A stretch of DNA of 64,000 bases from the human T2T-CHM13v2.0 reference genome, Homo sapiens. Shown one piece after another: positions 1 through 21,513 of the stretch; position 1 is the first letter of the stretch, and each line of letters starts with the position of its first letter. The position numbers were made by a program, and so were the translations under genes. The notes under the pieces were generated by a model, which was not told the DNA's origin, did no database searches, and saw nothing but the letters and a program-made list of their open reading frames with translations. The DNA lies in NCBI RefSeq assembly GCF_009914755.1, contig NC_060940.1, one strand, 5' to 3'.

Positions 1-55
1 ACTCTGCACTTTTCTAGAGCTGAGTTGGAGACCTTTCCACTTGACCTCCTACCTG

Positions 56-250
56 CAGGATGGCCATGGACCGTGGTGCATGTTGTACACTGCATAACTC
101 TATGGAGAAACTATTTGCATTGGTCATTTATTGTATTGCATTGTGTATTTATTGTAATAATCTTTCAGCAGATGGAGGAAAAGTGCTTTGAGAAAACGGT
201 GCCTTTCTCTAATATAAACATGAGTGTCACATGGCCTAGTGGTTCCCATG
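56..250. mobile_element. MER91/Zaphod-like hAT-Tip100 DNA transposon relic
   Basis: gtgcatgttgtacactgcataactct...cagcagatggaggaaaagtgctttgag...gcctttctctaat resembles the MER91 family consensus as I recall it. Confidence 0.5.
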
Positions 251-434
251 GTCCACAGGTTCTCTCCATTTTAGTAATTATCATCATTGTGATCCTTACT
301 TAATAAATGTCTCAAAACATTCTGGCGGAAAAAGGTACAGATGATATGGAATGATAATAGGCCATCTATCCATGATATGGCATTCAGAGTTTTTCTTGTT
401 TTTCTTTTCCATATTGGTAAAAATTATGGACTTT

Positions 435-1530
<1,096 letters not shown>

Positions 1531-4171
1531 TAAATTATACCGCATAAACCTTTTTTAAAAATGATGTTCATTTTATACCACCTCTGAATGATTATAAATC
1601 TGACTTCTTCCACTTCATGCAGCTCTATTAGGTTTCCAACAATTACAAAATTGTTCATTTTCAATGCTTTTCCCCTGAACCAATGAGCTCCTGAAGGTAC
1701 AAGGAACAATGCCTGACACACAGTAGGTGCTCAGGAAATGCTTGTTATTTTGAATTGCTCTCTGGCTCAGAGAGGCAACCAAGGTAGAAGCAATGGAAAA
1801 TGCATATTCACGTGTTCACATATTCATTCAACAAACGAGTCCTGAGCCAGGTACCGAAAGCACAAAAGTCAATAAGATCTGCTTTTTTTTTTCTTTTCTT
1901 TTTTAAGAGATGAGGTGTCACTCTGATGCCCAGGCTGAAGTGCAGTAGCACGATCATAGCTAACTGCAGTCTGGAACTCCTGGGCTAACAGATCCTTCCA
2001 TCTCAGCCTCCTGAGCAGCTGGGACTACAGGTGCATGCCACTACGCCTGGCTAATGGTTTTTTTGTTTTTTGTTTTCATTTTTTTTGTAGAGACAGGGCC
2101 TAGTAAGGTAACTTAGTAATATTACCCAGGCTGGTCCCAAACTCCTGGCCTCAAGTGATCCTCCCGCCTTGGCCTCCCAAGTAACTGAAATCACAGGCTC
2201 AAGCCAATGCACCGAGCTTCATGACTTGCTTATCCTTGCTTTTGAGAAGTTCATGACCCAGGGTGGGAGTCAGATGGGCAAAGAAATGACCGTAAGAGAT
2301 GAGCAGTGCTACGATGGATGTGAACCCAAGTGCTATAGACGTCAGGTTTTTTGTTTGTTTGTTTTTTCACACTGACCTGAGCAAGACAGGAAGCCTTCAC
2401 GGCAGAGGTGACCACTGAACAGCATTAAGAAAAATGTGAAAGAATCTCCTGGGGAGAGGTCGAGGCAGAGCATCCCAAGCAGAGGGCCTGGGACAGAAGC
2501 TCCAAAGTGGGCGGGGACACAGTACCGAGCCTCCGTGGAGTCTGGGAAGGCTGGAGCTGGGGGCGGCCGGCCATCATCAGGACCCGCCTGGGGCTGAGCT
2601 TCCCAGCCCAGATCCCTGGGGCTCATGTCACCTCACACCCCATCCTTAAACATGCCTCTCTCCCTTCCTCCTCCCCAGACTCCCCACCCAGCCTCGGATG
2701 TGTAAGGCCCCAGGCACGTTTCCTGAGAAGATAAAGGGCTTCAGCGGTTCCTCCCCCGCTGTGGGCCTGAGGACTCCCAGGAGGTACCCAGCTCCCCACA
2801 GACCAGCTATTTCGGCCCAAGCCCAAACACAAGCTGGTGGATTCTGTCTGGGAAGCCAGAGCACTGTAGGCTGACCATAAAAGGAGAAAACCCAGCGGGG
2901 ACTGAGCACAGACCCAGGCTCCCTGCGTCTGCCCTTCTTTCTGGTAACAGGCTGCTGGGGGATCCAGTGAGAGGTAATCAAAACCCGTCTCTGCAGGGCC
3001 ATCAATACCCCTGGGCTAGTAAAGAAGAAAGGTCTCAGCCTCCATTGCCTGCAGAAAAGTGGCTCTCTACCTAATGCCCCGCACGGAGGCAGATGCCAGA
3101 GGTTCTGGATCTTCTGTGGTGTGACTGTGAAGGTGGCCACTGCATGGCCCTTGACGGTGGGTCCTCGGCAGCTGACTGCTAATGCCTGTTGAACTTGTCC
3201 TGTCCATGCACCGTGTCCCTACACACTGACCGAATCACCCTTGTAACAACTGGAGTAAGCACAGTCATCATCCTCACGGGACAAGTGAGGAAACTGAGGC
3301 ACAAAGTAATAGCCGGGGCAGAGCTGGGAGGTGAACCCAGCTCCAGAGCCCATGACCTAAGCCATTCTGTAAGTGAGGGCCCTTCTCTTTCTCCAGCCTT
3401 CATCTCCCCACTCTACTCTCCCGGCAGAGTTGGTTAGGATGACATGCTGAGTAAGAAGAGATACTTTGAGAGCCTTTGCTGCAACCCAACAGGTGTTTTC
3501 CAAACCTACAGGAAGCCCTGGTATTGTAAAAGCAGAACTGGGCTGGGCATAGGAGCTCATGCCTGTAATCCCAGTGCTTTGGGAGGCTGAGGCAGAAGGA
3601 TTGCTTGAGGCGAGGAGTTTGAGACTCAAAGCGAGACCCCTATCTCTATGAAAAAAAAATTTTTTTTAATTAGCTGTGGACAGAGGTGTGTGCCTGTAGC
3701 CCCAGCTATTTGGAAGGCTGAGGCAGGAAAATTGCTTGAGCCTAGGAGTTCGAGGTTACAGGGAGCTATTATTGTGCCACTGCGCTCTAGCTTGGGTGAA
3801 AGAGTGAAACTCTGTCTCAAAAAATATATAATAAATAAAAACATGAAAGCAGAACTGGCCAGTGAAGGGGTGTAGGAGACAGGAAAACCAACGCTCTCCC
3901 TCTTGGGCCTCCACTCCTACCTCCTACATTCTCCCCCTTCTCTCTGCTCCAGCCCCAGCAGCCTCATAGAACCTATATCAAGTTCCCTAGCCAAGCCTAC
4001 ACTTCACCTTCCAAGGAAGCCTCCCCTGTCCTCCCAAGGTCCCCAGGGCTACACTTCCCCACTCTCTGGACCTCCTCTACTTAGCAGCTACTTGTGGGAT
4101 GATTCAATTCGTATTTACACATACGCACAGTAGGCTGTGTCTAGGGCAACATCTAATAATCAATATTGTTA

Positions 4172-4300
<129 letters not shown>

Positions 4301-4836
4301 TCAAAAAATTAGCCAGGCGTGATGATCTGTGCCTGTGGTCCCAGCTACTTGGGAGGCTGAGAGGGGAGGATCACTTGAGCCCAGGAGTTGGAGGCTGGAG
4401 TGAGCTATGAGTGTGCCACTCCACTCCAGCCTGGGCAACAGGGCAAGGCCTTGTCTCACAAAAAAATGCTGTTGGATAAAGAAAGGAATGGGGAGCCAGA
4501 CTGCCCAGAGGCTGGGAGGACACCGAGGGAGGTGGCTGACACATGCAATTTAACAAGGAAGGTGCTGGCCAGGCACTGTGGGTCACGCCTATAATCCCAG
4601 CACTTTGGGAGGCCGAGGTAGGTGGATTGCTTGGGCTCAGGAGTTCAAGGCCAGCCTGAACAACATAGCAAAACCTCATCTCTACAAAAAATACAAAAAT
4701 TAGCCAGTTGTACTGGTGCATGCCTGTATGCAGCTACTCTGGAGGCTGAGGTGGGAGGATCACCTGAGCCTGGAGAGGCTGAGGCTCAGGTGAGCCGAGA
4801 TCACACCACTACACTCCAGCCTGGGCAACAGAGTGA

Positions 4837-5197
<361 letters not shown>

Positions 5198-5896
5198 TGA
5201 TCTGCCTGCCTCTGCCTCCCAAAGTGCTGAGATTACAGGTGTGAACCACTGTGCCTGGCCAATATTTACTATTTTATAACAAATAATTCTCCTTTGCTGT
5301 CTCCCTTCCCTGTAATGCACCATGGGTACCAAAAATAAAAATAAAATAAAGATAAAAACGTGAACTTTTCATGATTAGTCAGAGCACCAAACAGACACTC
5401 CTAGCACCTCTGTAAAGACTGAGCCAGCCAGACAGAGCCATTCATTCCCACACACAGTCCCCCATCATTCCCAACCGGGCCAGACACATAGCTGACAGCC
5501 ACTGCAAAACCCACAAGAGACAGAGAAGCATTTGGCTGTACCCCTTCCTGGAGATGTGTTTGTAGCAGCACTGCCTCTGCAGAGAAACAGCTGGGAATTA
5601 CTTCTTGGCTCCACCCTATCACCTCTGCCCCCAGGGCCCGTTTCCTCACCAGGGAAATCGACAAAAATCCAGACCTTTCAAGGGCATGAAGATGATTGAA
5701 AGAGACTGGATTCAGAAAGAGCTTAAAATTGTTTTACCCACAGCACATTTAAGAGCTTGGTAATTGCCGTTAATATCATCTTTATCATCATCATCTAAAA
5801 TAGTGATCTAGGGAAGAGGTTATAGACAGCAGTGATTCTGAATCGGCAGGACAGGATATTCAACCAAAGATATTTAACCCCTTTCTGATTACAAGG

Positions 5897-6213
5897 TGTC
5901 ATGGTCTGAATGCTCATGTCTCCCTCAAATTCATATGCTGGAATCCTTACCCCTAAAGTGATGATATTAGGAGGTGGGGCCTTTGGGAGGTGATGAGATC
6001 ATGGGGGTTCAATCCTCATTGGGGGAGAGACCCAGAGAGCTAGCAGGTCCCTTCCACCATGTGAGACACAGCGAGAAGGCAGCACTAGGCCCTCACCAGA
6101 TACCAAGCTTGATCTTGGACTTCCCAGCCTCCAGAACCACGAGAAACAAATATCTGTTTAAAAGCCACCCAGTCTATGGTATTTTGATATAGCAGCCTTA
6201 ACAGGCTAAGACA
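5897..6213 (+). mobile_element. MaLR solo LTR (MLT1A/MST-like)
   Basis: TG...CA termini, 5-bp TSD CAAGG (5892-5896 and 6214-6218), and typical ttggacttcccagcctccagaac...ctaagaca 3' end. Confidence 0.85.
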
Positions 6214-7474
6214 CAAGGCCTATGCTAGTCCCTTAGCCTTCTGGGGGCCTCAGTTTCCTCTTCCGTTATATGGGGACAAGAATACTACACTATCTATACC
6301 ACGCTACCCAGGAGGGAAGAGTAACATTCTGAGGGCAGCGAAGCTGGGTCCCCAGGTTTGACTCTCAGTTCTGGGGCCAAGTAGGTGTGCTGAGTTTTCC
6401 CCATTGATCAAATGGGGAGGCTGCCACCCACCCTGTGTGGTGCTAGTGAGGGCCGAGCAATGTGGGATTGATGGAGCAGTGAACCCAGGTCCTGACCTAT
6501 TGCAGGGGCCCTGAGGACATCAGTGCCCTTCCTCTCTCTGCCTCTACTGGGGAGCAGCCTCAGGGGAGTTGGGTGAGCAGGAACCATCCCCAGGGGGCTG
6601 CCAATCTCAAGCAGAAGGATACAGCCGAGTGTGGGAACTTGCAAAGTGGAGAAAGTCGTTTGGATCACTCCACCCGCAGAGTTGTCTTAAGCTTAAAGAG
6701 GAATTAGCCAAGAGCCCCAAGCTGATAAAGGCTGGCTGTTATTTCTTTTTTTAATCCCCTGAGTGTGGCCATTTGTTGCTAATGAGGTGAGGACAAAACA
6801 TTACTTGTGGCTATCTTGCATAGGGCAAGTGCAGAGGCTCAGAATGGAATCTTATCTGCTTTCCTGCCCCTCCTACACCCCAGGGACCCATGGAGGGGCT
6901 CCAAAGTGGTTCTTGTCTGGAGGGCTTTAATGGCGCTTTTCTCCTATTCATCACGTTCATTTATTGAACTTAGCTCCAGCCTCCTAAGCTTTGAGCTGTC
7001 AACACTCTGAGATGAAGACAGTAGACAGCCTTCCGTGGGATTGAGGGGGATCCCTGTGGTTGCCCGGTGTCACCGACTGACCAGCAGGGCTCCGGCTTTG
7101 GAGTCAGGATAATCCAAGTGTATATTTGGCTCTGACACTTAACAAATCTGCAGCAAGTTCTCCACTCCTCTGAGTCTGTTTTCCCAGCTGTAAAAGGGAG
7201 CTAATAATAGCTCTTGCGGCTAGCGTTGGATCACCCAATAAACCTTGTAAGCATATGCTGAGGGCACACCCACACAGGCATGCACGAGAAGGAAGAATGC
7301 CATAGTTGCCATTTCATAAGCACCACGAAGATAAACATCATGGGAAAAATAGCAACTTTAGGCTGGGCACGGTGGCTCATACCCATAATCCCAGCACTTT
7401 GGGAGGTCAAGGCAGGAGGATCACTTGAGGCCAGGAATGAGAGACCAGCCTGGGCAACACAGTAAGATCTTATC

Positions 7475-7511
<37 letters not shown>

Positions 7512-7981
7512 TTTCACTAGGCACAGTGGGCTCACACCTGTAATCCCAGCACTTTGAGAAGCCTAGGCAGGTGGATCACTTGAGCTCAGGAGTTCAAGAC
7601 CAGCCTGGGCAACATGGTGAAATCCCGTCTCCACAAAAAATACAAAAATTAGCCGGGTGTGGTGGTGCATGGCTGCAGTCCCAGCTACTTGGGGAGCTGA
7701 GGTGAGAAGATCACTGGAGCCTAGGAGGTCAAGCCTGCAGTGAGCCGTGTTTGTGCCACTGCACTCTAGCCTGGGTGACAAAGTGAGAACCTGTCTCAAA
7801 AATAAAAAAGACTGGGCACGGTGGCTCATGCCTGTAATCCCAGCACTTTGGAAGGCCAAGGTGGGTGGATCACCTGAGGTCAGGAGTTCAAGACCAGTCT
7901 GGTCAACACGGTGAAACACCATCTCTACTAAAAGTACAAAAATTAGCTGGGCATGGTGGCATGTGCCTGTAATCCCAGCTA

Positions 7982-8128
<147 letters not shown>

Positions 8129-8524
8129 TTAGCTGAGCATGGTGGTACATCTCTGTAGTCTCAGCTACTTGGGAAGCTGAGGCAGGATTGCTGAACCCAG
8201 GAGTTTGAGGCTGCAGTGAGTTACAATCGCACCATTACACTCCAGCCTGGGCAACAGAGCAAGACCCTGTCTCTAAAAAAAGCAAAAACAAAAACAATTT
8301 TGTCAGCCTTCTTTACTTTATAATTTAATTTTTTTTTATGACATATGCCTGCACCTTAATAGTTTCAGGGCTTAATTTTAAAATTCCTAATCTGGTCCTG
8401 TCCACCTTGTAGGTTTGTGGTAAAGATTAACTGAGAATATTTCTGTAAAGCCCTGAGCTTTATAGGAAGCATATAATAAAAATCCATGATTATTATTATC
8501 ACTTCTTTGTAAAAGAAGGCATGA

Positions 8525-11850
<3,326 letters not shown>

Positions 11851-12199
11851 TTTTAAAAAAGGGAACAAGGAATTCCTACATGCACTGATATGTAACATCC
11901 TCTGGCAAAATATAGGACTGTATATATATGGAATGCTAGTATTTGTAGGGAAATCTTAGGGAAGAAAATAGATACCTATTTGCTTATACTTGCAAAAATA
12001 TCTCTAGGAGAAAACCTCATACACTAGAAACCATAATTGTCTCTTGGGAGGGAAGCTAAGGGTCTAATGCACAAGGGTTGAAGGGAGAAGTTCACCTTTT
12101 GAATTTGTATGTAACATCTTTCCAAAAACAAACCACGGCCGGGCGCAGTGGCTCATGCCTGTAATCTCAGCACTTTGGGAGGTTGAGGCGGGCAGATCA

Positions 12200-12481
<282 letters not shown>

Positions 12482-14278
12482 TTATGCATATGCAGATATA
12501 AGATACATATTTTAAATATCAGCTTCTCTTCCCATACCCTCAAGGGGCTTGGCTTCCACTTGGGAGGGTGCCATGTTGTGAAGTATCTCTTAGAAAGTCC
12601 CTCCCATTTTCCCAACTCCTGTGAGGCAGCAAAGGGCTGAGCTCTGGCTCTGAGCTCCCTGCCACAGTATACTAGTCAACCCCTCTAAACCAGCTCCTGC
12701 CACACTCATCATACCCATTCTCACCCCTACATTTATGCTTTTATTATTCTTGGCTAGAAAGCCATCCCTGCCCCCTTCTCTCACCTTAGCAAACCATTCT
12801 TCGAGGCTTATAAAGCCCCACCTCTCTCAAATAACCCACCCCATCCATCCTGACCCTGGTAGGTTCTTTTCTATAAATAACTCTAATAATTCATTGATTC
12901 AACAAATACTGAGCAGCTACTATGTGCCAGGCACCAGAAAATGTGCTGGAGATACAATGATGCACATGCAAGAAGGATGGAGTTTATAGGTCCTCAGGAA
13001 CTTACTGTCTATGTGACACAACTGCAATGCTTCATCTTATATTCAGTGCATGTGTGTTACCCATCCCTCCTCAATCCCGCCTTTTCACACCCCATCTTTT
13101 CCATGAAGAACTCAAGGAAGAAGCCACATGTGCTAGCTTTCTCTCTCCACCTTCATGGTAAGCTTAGTGTGGATCGCAGCCCAGTGACTTAACAGAATGA
13201 GATCGTGCCATTTATCAATGGAGTCAACACACTGGGCCTACGTGTTTCTTCACAAAAACCAATTTCCTACTTGGGAATGGAGAAAAAATTAAGCAGGTGA
13301 ACGGAATTCTTCCCAAGCTTAAATTTTTCTCCATTATTTTTGACATTCTTTTTATTTTTTATTTATTTATTTATTTTGAGATGGAGTCTCGCTTTGTTGC
13401 CCAGGCTAGAGTGCAGTGGCGTGATCTCGGCTCACTGCAAGCTCCGCCTCTTGGGTTCACACCATTCTCCTGCCTCAGCACCCCCTGAGTAGCTGGGACT
13501 ACAGGCGCCTGCCACTGTGCCTGGCTAGTTTTTTTTGTATTTTTAGTAGAGACGGAGATTCACCACGTTAGCCAGGATGGTCTCGATCTCCTGATCTCAT
13601 GATCCCCCCACCTTGGCCTCCCAAAGTGCTGGGATTACAGGCGTTAGCCACCGTGCCCGATTCTTTTTATTTTTGGAGTCCGCCATCAATGATTTGCCAG
13701 AAAGCACCAGGTCATGCCAAAATAGACGAGGGCATAGCAGGTGTTGGTTAACATTTAAATTAAGTAAAGAGTTTATCTTTTATGGATGTGCATATTCACG
13801 GTTTTCATTTTCTTTCTTTCTTTCGTGACAGGGTCTTACTCTGTTGCCAAGGCTGGAGTACCATAGCACGATCATAGCACACTGCATTCTTGAAGTCCTG
13901 GGCTCAAGCCATCCTCCTGCCTCAGCCTCCAGAGTAGCTAGGACTACAGACTCACGCACTGTGGCCAGCTAATTATTTTTTTGTAGAGACAAGAGCTCAC
14001 TATGTTGGCCAGGCTGGTCTCTAACTCCTGGCCTCAAGTGATCCTCCTGCCTTGGCCTCCCAAAGTGCTAGGACTGAAGACATGCTGCTGTGCTCAATCA
14101 TGATAGTCATTTCCTATTGGAGCTTACTATGTGTCAAGTGAGCATTTCTAAGTAGTTTCAAGAGAGCTGACTATGCAATTTTGTGTTAAAACCTAGAGAC
14201 CATGAGGAATCAAATATATGAACACAGGGTGTCCTTGTCAATTACAACATTGCCTCACAGTTAAGAGGTGGTCTAGCG

Positions 14279-14753
14279 CAGGCATCTCAAACCACCGACT
14301 GGTACTGCACAGCAGGAGGTGAGTAGTGGGCTTCATCTGTATTTACAGCCACTCCCTATCACTCCAATTACTGCCTGAGCTCTGCTTCCTCTCAGATCAG
14401 AGGCGGCATTAGACTCTTATAGAACCACCAACCCTACTGTGAACTGCACATAAGAGGGATCCAGGCTGTGTGCTCCTTATGAGAATCTAATGCCTGATGA
14501 TCTGTCACTGTCTCCCATCACCCCCAGATGGGACCGTCTAGTTGCAGGAAAACAAGCTCAGGGCTCCCACTGATTCTACATGATGGTGAGTTGTATAATG
14601 ATTTCATTATATATGACAATGTAATCATAGAAATAAAGTGCACAATAAATGTAATGCGCTCGAATCATCCCGAACCATCTCTCCCCTGCGGTCCATGGAA
14701 AAACTGACTTCTATGAAACTGGTCCCTGGTGTCAAAAAGGTTGGGGACTGCTG
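14279..14753 (+). mobile_element. MER1A (hAT-Charlie) DNA transposon
   Basis: cagcaggaggtgag...ccttatgagaatctaatgcctgatgatctgtcac...aaaggttggggactgctg. 8-bp TSD gtctagcg/gtctagga. Confidence 0.9.
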
Positions 14754-15184
14754 GTCTAGGAAAGCAAAAGTCCCCACAACACAAAAGTATTCTTCAATGA
14801 CTACAAGAGCGATCAAACTCCACCGAAACCTCCTTCTCCGACGATTCAGTGGCTTCACCTTGCCAATTATTGGGTATCAATAGCCACCATCATGATATGA
14901 ACACAAAACAAAGTGGCAGTTCTGGAAAACAAGGTGCAGTGACTGGCAAAGTCAGTGGCCTTGGAAAGGCCAAAAAAAAGATTCAGGGGCCAAGTGTGGT
15001 GGTGCACACCTGTAATCCCACCACTTTGGGAGGCCGAGGTGGGAGGATCACCTGAGGCCAGGAGTTCAAGACCAGTCTGACCAACATGGTAAAGCCCCAT
15101 CTCTACTAAAAATACAAAATTAGCCTGGTGTGATGGTGCATGCCTGTAATCCCAGCACTATGGGAGGCTGAGGCGGGCAGATCA

Positions 15185-15504
<320 letters not shown>

Positions 15505-15785
15505 TTAAACACTAAAGAAGTAAAAGAAGCCCTTAGGAAAACTGGTGACCCATCAAATAAATCTGTAAGAATGATCCTTTTTAGCTCGGGCTGCAGAAGT
15601 CAAGCATGACATGAAGATGTCGTTTTATGCTCACATGATTTCATCCCTCAGCCCAGAAAAAGTTACAGAAAAAAACCCCACACCCACTCTTAATTCATTT
15701 TATACTGAATCTACAAATTAGCACCTACTTGTAATTAAAATAAAATTCTTATTACATGTAAGCTGAAATTAACCTATTTTTATAA

Positions 15786-15962
<177 letters not shown>

Positions 15963-16564
15963 TAATTTTTGTATTTTTTGTAGAGACAGGGTTTCGCCAT
16001 ATTGCCCAGGCTGGTCTCGAACTCATGACCTCGAGCAATCCACCCATCTGGGCTTCCCAAAGTGCCAGGATTACAGGCGTGAGCCACTGTGCCTGGCCTG
16101 CAATGTCATTTTTCAAGCTCAGTCAAATATTTTGCCCACTCTCTTTCCCTCCTCCACACACATACTATCTACAGTGAAACTTTGGTCTCTGTTTTAAGTG
16201 ATCTTTTTCTGGAACGAATTATCTTCAGATAGTAAAAATTTCCTTCATTTCATGCCATTTAGTTCAGTTAGTGTAATGAAAGGTCACGTAACAAAATGTT
16301 AATGGTGATGAGTTTTGGATGATAGAATCATAGGTGCCAGCAAGTTCTCTTTTACTTAAATATATGTTTAAGTTTTTCTAGAATGAATATACAATATTAA
16401 AGACTTTTTCAAGTTACAAATAAATTTTTTCAGAGCACTGTAGAAATGCTTACCCATCTGTCGCTCCCCCTCCTTCTCCTTTGCTAACAGAATTTTCTTT
16501 CTTTTTGGTATTTAGATTAAAATGTGCTTAGTGGGACCTCAGCTCCAGAAAAGAACCAGGAATT

Positions 16565-16865
<301 letters not shown>

Positions 16866-17149
16866 GACAGATACCTGACTCCAGGAGCCATCACTTTACA
16901 ACCTGAGATTACAGCTCCAAGATTGCCTTTGCAAGGCTCCACCTGCTGGTCTTTGGAGGTAATGGCAGGCCCTGCCTAGAAGGGCCAAGATTCTGGTCCT
17001 ACCTGTGGAGTCTGGCTAACTGTCAGAAAGTTGGGGCACTTATACCTGAGTCCCTCTATCTTGGGGGCGGGGTCGTGGCATCTCTCAGGCACACCTGGAT
17101 TCCGGCCTCAAGAACTTCCAGAATTGGGCTCCTCTCAACTCCCAACTCA

Positions 17150-17734
<585 letters not shown>

Positions 17735-18176
17735 TCACAAGAAGCTACAAGATAGAGACTATCACCCCTTTTGACAAATGAGGAAACTGAGGCTGAAGAG
17801 GAAAAGATATTTACCCACAGTCCCACAGGGGTTGAGGGACAGGTAGGTGTCAACACAGACCACAATGGCTCAGCCCCAGGGCTGTTCCCCACCCTCTTTC
17901 CATCCTTTGCAGACAGCTGGCCCGACGGGGACCTTGGGCAGCGAGCCCCGGAGCTGGAGCTGGAGCGGGCCCATGCCCGTATTTGCCCAAGCTCTTGGCT
18001 CTCCCTCACCCTCCCAGGCTGCAAACACAGATGTTCCTTTTGCTTTTTCCCTTTTTCAGCCACAGTAACTCCTGGTCCCTCGCAGTGCCTGCCAAACTCC
18101 ACATTCCTGGCAAGAACTGCAGACAAGCAGGACAGGAGGGGCTCCCTGGAGCTGGCCCCGTGCAGCCCTGAGTTCA

Positions 18177-18533
<357 letters not shown>

Positions 18534-19974
18534 TTATTTTGCAACTGTGGGGGGTTTTGTGTTTGTTTTGAGATGGGGTCTCACTCTGTCACCTAGGCTG
18601 GAGTGCGGTGGTGTGAACGTGACTCACTGAAACCTTGACCTTTCTGGACTCAGGTGATCCTCCTACCTCAGCCTCCTGAGTAGCCAGGACTACAGGCGGG
18701 CGCCACCAGGCCTGGCTGATGTTTATATTTTCTGTAGAGACATGGGTTTCACTGTGTTGCTCAGGCTGGTCTCAAATTCCTGGGCTCAAGCAATTCTCTC
18801 ATTTCAGCCTCCCAAAGCACTGGGATTATAGTTGTGAGCCATTGCACCTGGCCAAACTGTGGAGTTTTGAAGAGCTCTGGGTTCAAATCTCAGCTCCACT
18901 CCTCCGACCTGCCACTTTACCTCCCCGGACCTCACTGGCTTAAATAACAGCCACCGTTCATTGAGCACTTACTATGTGTTGGGCACCGAACTAAGCACTA
19001 CGCAGGATCTTTTTTGGATGCTGACAATCATATTAAATGCTCATCATTTAACAGGTGGCACAGAAAATGAACAGTGTGCTTAAGATATTAACTCAGGAAC
19101 ATTTAATAAAGAAAGTGTTTACAGATATGTGTGCAGAATTAAAGAAACCCAACCAGTGACGGGAGCAGTTAAGTCTGAAGAGCAAGAACAGAAGAGAATG
19201 TTGTTTACTTTTTTTTTTTTTTGAGACAGGGTCTTGCTCTGTCGCCCAGGCTGCAGTGTAGTGGGGTGATCTTGGCTCACTACAACCTTGAGTTTCTGGG
19301 CTTAAGTGATCCTCTCGCCTCAGCCTCCCAAGTAGGTGGTACCACAGGTGTGCACAACCATGCCCAGGTAATTTTTATTTTGTTTTTTGTAGAGACAGGG
19401 TTTCACCATATTGCCCAGGCTGGTCTCGAACTCCTGAGCTGAGGTGATGCGCCAGTCTCAGCCTCCCAAAGTGCTGGGATTACAGGTGGGAACCACCGCA
19501 CTCAGCCAGAGAGGGAATGTCGTTAACTGAACATTGGAGGCATAGAAAGCCACACACCCCTAAAAAGGGGCTGTCCAGAGGGATCCGCAGTCATACAGAA
19601 ACACAGCTGCCAAAACTGTGGTCCAGGAGGGAGGGAGGAAAAGGTAATAATCCTCCAAGCTCTCTCTCCTCCCACCACCCTCTGATCTCTTTCTGGGACC
19701 TCCCAATGTCCATATCTAAGAAGAAACCCCAGTGACTCAGTCTCTAGAAGATGGCAGAGGCATCTCCTCGTGGCATCTTCACAACTACTCAGTAACAGTG
19801 ATTTCCCCACCGCCTGTTTGACAGGAGGGCAAAGTGAGGCATGGTGAGGTTGTCACCAGGTTACACAGCTGGAGGGAAGTTGGGAACTAGAACTCCTGTT
19901 TACCCCACAGCGCCTGCTCCTGATCATTAATACCTTCCCCATCTGCAAAACAGAGACCAACACTGACATGAGCT

Positions 19975-20595
<621 letters not shown>

Positions 20596-21070
20596 CAGTC
20601 CTCTCCTACTGGGTGAATAGGAGCATCTGAAAATAATCAGATCAGGGACGGAGGAGTCAAGGCACAAGGCGAGTCCCGCCATGCTGTACGTGGTAAGGCA
20701 CTATTGTCATGATTTTTCCTTACTGGATACTAGATTTTCCCATGGTTGAGGTCACAGTTCAGGAGACAGGCTCCAACCCGTCTCACAGGAACTGCTTTCC
20801 CCAAACGATAAACATCAGTACTGCCCAAGACTCTGATGGCCATAAAGCGTATCCTCTTCCCTGCAAGTGACTTAGGGAGAACCACAGATCCATCTCTCAG
20901 TTACAGCTAGGGTGAACCAAGCAACAGAGGGTTAAGTGACTTGACCGAGGTCACCAAAGAAGATCCTGGCAGCACCAAGCCCAGCCTGGCCCGCCCCCAG
21001 GTATGAGCATGGTCCATTATGCTATCCAGCCTAGGCCCATCCAACAGAAACAGAAACTACTGATCGTTCG

Positions 21071-21109
21071 TTCATTCATTCATTCATTCATTCATTCATT
21101 CATTCATTC
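21071..21109. repeat. (TTCA)n microsatellite, probably derived from an L2 tail
   Basis: About 10 TTCA units. Confidence 0.9.
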
Positions 21110-21390
21110 TGTACGTCCCAGATGCCATGCAAAAGGTGCTGGGACTACATTAGAACATTAAAAAAACACAGGATCCCAGCCCTCAAGGGCCTTTTAGTCA
21201 AGGGCTGGAGCCAATTAGAGAGTGGGAAAGTCTGGCTGGGTGTGGTGGCTCACAACTGTAATCCCAGCACTTTGGGAGGTCAAGGCAGGAAGATTGCTTG
21301 AGCCCAGAAGTCTGAGACCAGCTTGGGCAGCACAGTGAGACCCCCATCTCTATAAGAAATTTAAAAATTAGCTGGGCATGGTGGCATTCA

Positions 21391-21513
<123 letters not shown>

